The notes under the pieces are model-generated. The model saw only the letters and a program-made list of their open reading frames with translations. It did no database searches and was not told the DNA's origin. This document shows, in pieces, positions 62,201-64,000 of a stretch of DNA of 64,000 nucleotides. The translations under genes were made by a program, and so were the position numbers. Source of the stretch: Ostrea edulis (taxonomy: Eukaryota); contig NC_079169.1 in NCBI RefSeq assembly GCF_947568905.1, forward strand, positions 25,048,001 to 25,112,000. Direction: 5' to 3'. The number at the start of each line of letters is the position of its first letter. Position 1 is the first letter of the stretch.

Positions 62201-64000
62201 CAATCATAGTTTTTGATGCAGACAAGTTAAGGCCATTTCTCTGTAGAGCTTGAAGTGTCCTTGTGAAGTTATTAAGGAGGTCTTCAGGAGTAGATCCACC
62301 ACAGTACAAATCATTAGCTAACTTAGCGACTACACCCTCCTGAACCAAGTCACCCAAAACTCTACAGGTTAGCTCCTCTAAAATGGTCTCCGAGCCAGGC
62401 ATACCCATCGCTGAACGGGCATAAACTCTGACGCCACGAAAGGGGGTTACCACTCCACAGTACTTCATGGATTTCTTATCGAGTGAAATTTGGTAAAATG
62501 CCTGAGTGTGTAAGGTCTGTTATGGCAATATAACTCCACTGAGCAATTTGTCAGAGAGTCGAATCTACATCAGGCATAAGAGATGGCTGCGGCTTGCTGT
62601 ATCTCCCAACATCTGTAAATGCTGTAACTAATCCAAATCCTCCAGATGGCGTTTTGACCAGAAATGATGGATTTACATACTCGACATTGACTTTCACAAT
62701 CTCTGGTTTAGTAAAAACACCACATGCCTCCAACTCATCAAACTTGTCCTGAAGTGTTGAAAGAAGTTGTTTATTGTAATGAGGTAAGCGCCCCTTTCTT
62801 TGAAGTCTCAATATACCTGGCGAATTGCCAATATGAAGCTAAAGTGACCAGGGTTAAAATGTAAATATGTTAAAAGAGTATTTTATAGAATTTAAATAGT
62901 TTCATTGTTATTGATATCTGTATTAATATAGGGAGGTGACCATTCTACATTGATCCAGTGCCTTTTTATGGGATTCGAAACTGTGACTCTGAGATGTATG
63001 AGAGTTTGACTTCTAGGCGGGCAATTCTACTTTCACTTTAAACGGTAAGTTGAAAAGAGCATGCTGCATCTTTGATGTAAAATATCTCGAAAAGGAATCA
63101 AGGACTCTATTGCAAATTTGGCCTTGTTGGAAAGGTTAGGAATTTTGTTGAAAGTTGATATCTGTCATTATACTGGGAAAGTTTTTTTTTGAATTAGGAG
63201 GGGTTGAAAATGGGTATATTTTCCTCATTTTTGTTGCTTTTTTACTTCCAGGATGGCAGGTGCCTGAGTGTATCTTGACCCATTACCAGGCTAGCATCAG
63301 ATGTCATGATGGACCTTTAAAATCTTTCACATGTGTACTTTCAAGAACCATATACATTATTTTTGAAAATTGGTTGCCATGGTAATAAAATCTGAAAATT
63401 AAAATATGGGCTTCTGAAGGCGAATTTTCCTCCATTTCCTGGTAGTTTGAGACCTTGAGGAGGTTTAACTGGTCCCATATTGACAACAGCTTTAAGTGGA
63501 CCACTGGCACCATTGTAGCCTTTAAACTCTGGGTTAAACACCTCACTGTATGCATCAAGAGTCTTCTTGAACTGTGATTTCATCGCAGGAGAAAGAGTAT
63601 TGTCAGGGTCAAGGTTGACTGCAGCGGGGTGTGTGGTTGTTCGTTTACTGTATTTAGTGTTGGGTTTCGGGATAGGTCTAGTGTCTCCATCATCTGGAGA
63701 GACGTTAGGAGAGAAAGTGGGTCTCACTAGGCACAAGTGTTGGTTTCGTTTAATTGTACAAGGTTCATTTGACAAGTTAGCAATCCGTACTTTTCCTGCC
63801 ACGCTGTCTATAAATGAAGGAGGGGGCCAATTTGTTGTAGAATTCTGGCATACTGTGGGTTCAAGTGAAAATGTGTTGTACTCATCGGGACTTGTCATGT
63901 CGTCGGGAAGCTTGACCTCAATGTACTCTCCTGGCCACAGAGTTGTGGTGTGGGGTACAGGAGCTCGAAGTACTTGTGTGAACCGAATGGAGTGGTGTCC
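59226..64000 (-). mobile_element. Second Gypsy/Ty3-type element (different lineage), decayed; continues past the right edge
   Basis: [52 protein letters not shown] (RT catalytic Asp replaced by Asn), [77 protein letters not shown] at ~59780-59797; putative 3' LTR 59226-59779 (unconfirmed). Confidence 0.9.
62804..63454. mobile_element. 651-bp TIR element inserted in the RT of the second Gypsy
   Basis: Splits GPVKPPQ|RKGRLPHYN; 4-bp TSD TTGA (62800-62803, 63455-63458); termini AGTCTCAA / TTGAGACC. Confidence 0.8.

Overview
AT-rich, intron-containing animal genomic DNA, most likely from an oyster (Ostreidae); this is inferred from Cg170-like/Helentron HINE repeats and a bivalve SINE. Two spliced host genes can be reconstructed on the + strand. 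(1) A 4-exon, 150-aa CD225/dispanin-family membrane protein (3749-17728) whose introns hold three tandem arrays. Two of these arrays are amplified copies of the gene's own splice donor (43 bp x25) and splice acceptor (32 bp x~45). (2) A 7-exon, ~365-aa type I membrane protein (46476-57436) with a Cys-rich ectodomain and a cytoplasmic domain resembling a degenerate P-loop/STAND NTPase. The rest is a dense nest of mobile DNA. It includes an apparently intact APE-RT LINE with a 2A-like motif that runs off the left edge, and two decayed Gypsy LTR retrotransposons, one with an extra C2H2 zinc-finger ORF in the env position. There are also two retrozyme-like repeats carrying minimal hammerhead ribozymes, TRIMs with tRNA-like LTRs (Helenus type), a 697-bp AcademH-like mini-element keeping the 5' ends of a RecQ-like helicase and a zinc-finger gene, and many MITEs with readable TSDs. 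No rRNA, bona fide tRNA gene or CRISPR array was seen. All homology calls are by motif recognition only; no searches were run.
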